Shown: one piece after another, positions 35,389-37,895 of the stretch
Layout: every line of letters begins with the position of its first letter
Numbering within the stretch: the first letter of the stretch is position 1
Source: Intoshia linei
Taxonomy: Eukaryota > Animalia > Orthonectida
Assembly: GCA_001642005.1 (NCBI GenBank)
Contig: LWCA01000235.1
Coordinates: 1 to 37,895, forward strand
Direction of reading: 5' to 3'
Length of the DNA: 37,895 nt
Program-made: the position numbers and the translations under genes
Notes under the pieces: model-generated
Databases searched by the model: none
The model's input: the letters and a program-made list of their open reading frames with translations, nothing else
What the model was told of the DNA's origin: nothing

Positions 35389-37895
35389 ATTATATTTAAA
35401 ATACAAAGTATTGAAATATGGATATAAAGAACGTATATAACTTGAAATTTCCAATTCCAGTTTTGGATAACGATTTTGAGACTTGGAGAAAATCAATCGA
35501 ACTTTGGTCGAAAACTTGCAACCAATTGGAAACCGATAAGGTCATTTCAATTATATTTTCATCGAATATTCAAATTAGAAAACTCGTACTGGACGAAAAA
35601 ACTCCAGAAACTGTTATCATCTTGCTCGATTTATTGCAGCAATATGAAGGGGAAAAAGTCAAGACGGTATGTGAAGCTACAAGAGAGTTAGCAAATTTAA
35701 AATATAAACCTCCAATACGTTAATTTATATGAAATGTAAAATCACTTATTAATGTGGTATATGAAAATGAAAAAAATAAAGAGGATTTGATTGTTATGTT
35801 TGTGTTATAATCAATTAAACAAACTAATCTGTCAGTTTATACTAGTATTGTCCACCTTGCAACGGATATTGATAAATTAGCCAAATTGGTTGAAATTAAT
35901 CCTCCCATTGGAAAATGATATAGAAAAGCACGTATAATAAAACTAATTTTGATACAAGGTTCAATTCAAAGTATAGAGCCAATAATGATCGAACGATGCA
36001 TAATGTAAACAAAAAATATTCTATATGCGAACAATTCTTAACTGGATTATGTATCTCAAAATCTTGTCCATTCAAACATATAGAACCATTTTGTGTAGTA
36101 TGTGGAAAAAAGGTCATTTGTATAATTACTGTAATAGTCAAATAAATAATAATGATTACGTTCCATTATTTTTTATAGAAGCTATAATAGACAATAACAA
36201 AATATCATGTCTGGTAGACACAGGATCGTCAGCCTCATTTTTACCATCTTATTTTAAATCAAATAAATCATATGATAATGAATTTACCTCTATAACTGGT
36301 CAAAAATTAAAAATAGGCGGAAAACGTAAATGTACGATTTACATAAATGTTTTAAAAAACACATTCGAGTATGAATTCGTTATATCAGAAGATGTACAAA
36401 ATCCAATCATTGGGCTAGATTTTATCAAGAACTATTCAATATTTTACAAAATCCTATACGGTTACAAATTAATTCACAAAATAGCATTTCATTTGTCAAG
36501 GAATTAGAATCAAAATCTATCGATTTATGTGATCCAAATCTTAACTGTCATACAGATATTAACTCAATGGCTTTTTTTAACGATCAATTCAAATCTGTTG
36601 TGGATAAATATAAATACATATTTACGAATAAACCTGGTAGATCAAAAAATTATGTACATGATATATCTATTGAAGAAGATTTTAAACCAATAGTAGGACA
36701 TTCTTACTCTCCTCCTATTAATCAAAGAAGCATAGTATCGGAACAAATTAATGAAATGCTAAAAGCGGGAATTATTGAATACGCTAAGAGTCAATACAGA
36801 TCATCTTGTATCATGGTAAGGAAAAAAGATGGTTCCAATCGTTTTTGTGTTGATTACCGCAAATTAAATTCAATTACAAAACGTGATACATATCCAATTC
36901 CAAAACAAAATGATATTTTCGATAATTTACAAGGGAATACATACTTTTCCACTTTTGATCTATTTTCGGGATTTTGGCAAATACTATTATCCTCTTCAGC
37001 TAAAACAAAAACTGCATTTTCAGTTGGTCCCAAAGGCGCATTGTATCAATTCCATGTTATGCGTTTTGGATTGGTGAATGGTCTAGCTACATGTCAACGC
37101 ATGATGGATGGCATATTGAAAGGGTTAAATTGTGCATCAGCATATATGGACGATATAGTTATATCATCTAAATCATTATCGTTACATAAAAAACATTTAT
37201 CTATATTTTTTAACAGTATGTATAGTGAAGGTTTAACATTAAAATCAGAAAAATGTCATATTGGACTCAAAAAAATTCAATTCCTCGGTCACATTATCGA
37301 TGGAAAAGGAATTCGCGTGGACCCAGATAAAGTAAAATCCATAATGAAATTAAAAATTCCGACCACAGTTAAAGAAGTTCAACGTTTTCTCGGTATTACT
37401 AATTACCACAGACGTTTTATCAAAGATTTTTTTAAAATAGCACTACCACTAAACAATTTATTACGAAAGAATCATCTTTTTAAATGGACTGCTGATTGTG
37501 ATCAATCTTTTTAATTCGTTAAAATCACTTTTTTGTTTTGCTCCTGTTATGACGCTGCCGGATATATGCCGCTAAATATCAAAGAAGAGTTAAACGGAAT
37601 TTTAATAAATACGTTCTCAAAAAACCTACATTTCACTCTCAATTTTATAGACAACCAAAGATAGAAATCATAGAAAAAATAAACCAATCTCTCACAAGTT
37701 GCAAGAAACAATACGTACCAAAATCTTTATCTTACTTTCCTAATGTAGAGGCTGAAATCGAAAATCTTCCTTTTATAATAGTCATCGTCTAATGTATACT
37801 TGGCAAAAGATTTAGATAATAATAGAATTACTAACCCTTCCAATGAGAGTGACTCCAATACATCTATCTTGGATAGTCATAGTTCACAAGTCGCA
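35249..37895 (+). mobile_element. Decayed Ty3/Gypsy LTR retrotransposon (gag, protease, RT; RNase H and integrase not seen)
   Basis: Gag from 35418 with zinc fingers at 36026-36132; protease CLVDTGS..IIGLDF; RT RFCVDYRKLN, FDLFSGFWQI, YMDD, FLGH. Stops and frameshifts throughout; homology lost after APVMTLPD at about 37563. Confidence 0.93.

Noticed and set aside
37565-37895. Possible env-like or integrase ORF after the Gypsy RT
   Set aside because: Frames are broken, there are no recognisable motifs, and the region is truncated by the window end.

Overview
AT-rich, very compact eukaryotic (metazoan) genomic DNA with many 35-45 nt GT-AG introns. It resembles a reduced animal genome such as the orthonectid Intoshia, which is an inference. 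Splicing by eye gives about 16 genes in mostly alternating orientation: a small orphan, a FASTK-like ORF, a tau/MAP-repeat minigene, SMARCC/Swi3, COPZ, COA3, NuMA/Mud, PSMB5, two minimal SUB1/PC4 paralogs, PRIM1, an intronless TYMS, ISOC, a DEG/ENaC channel, an F-BAR-HR1-SH3 (CIP4/FNBP1) gene and a degenerate Rab28-like GTPase. Intergenic spacers are tiny (60-160 bp head-to-head; 0, 1 and 8 bp between convergent stop codons), while the long introns are filled with hAT MITEs, foldback elements, a Helitron-like element and a decayed Ty3/Gypsy element. Most notable: (i) the Gypsy LTR has no tRNA primer-binding site but a perfect 13-14 nt complement of its own post-TATA LTR sequence (Tf1/sushi-like self-priming), and its Gag carries CCCH plus CCHC fingers; (ii) convergent genes with abutting stop codons, including a 10-bp palindrome holding both stops and both ATTAAA signals; (iii) an in-frame TAG at a conserved Trp of a spliced tau repeat; (iv) a Stowaway/DD39D plant-type mariner in an animal. 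All exon boundaries and family assignments come from reading the sequence and recalled motifs, not from database searches.
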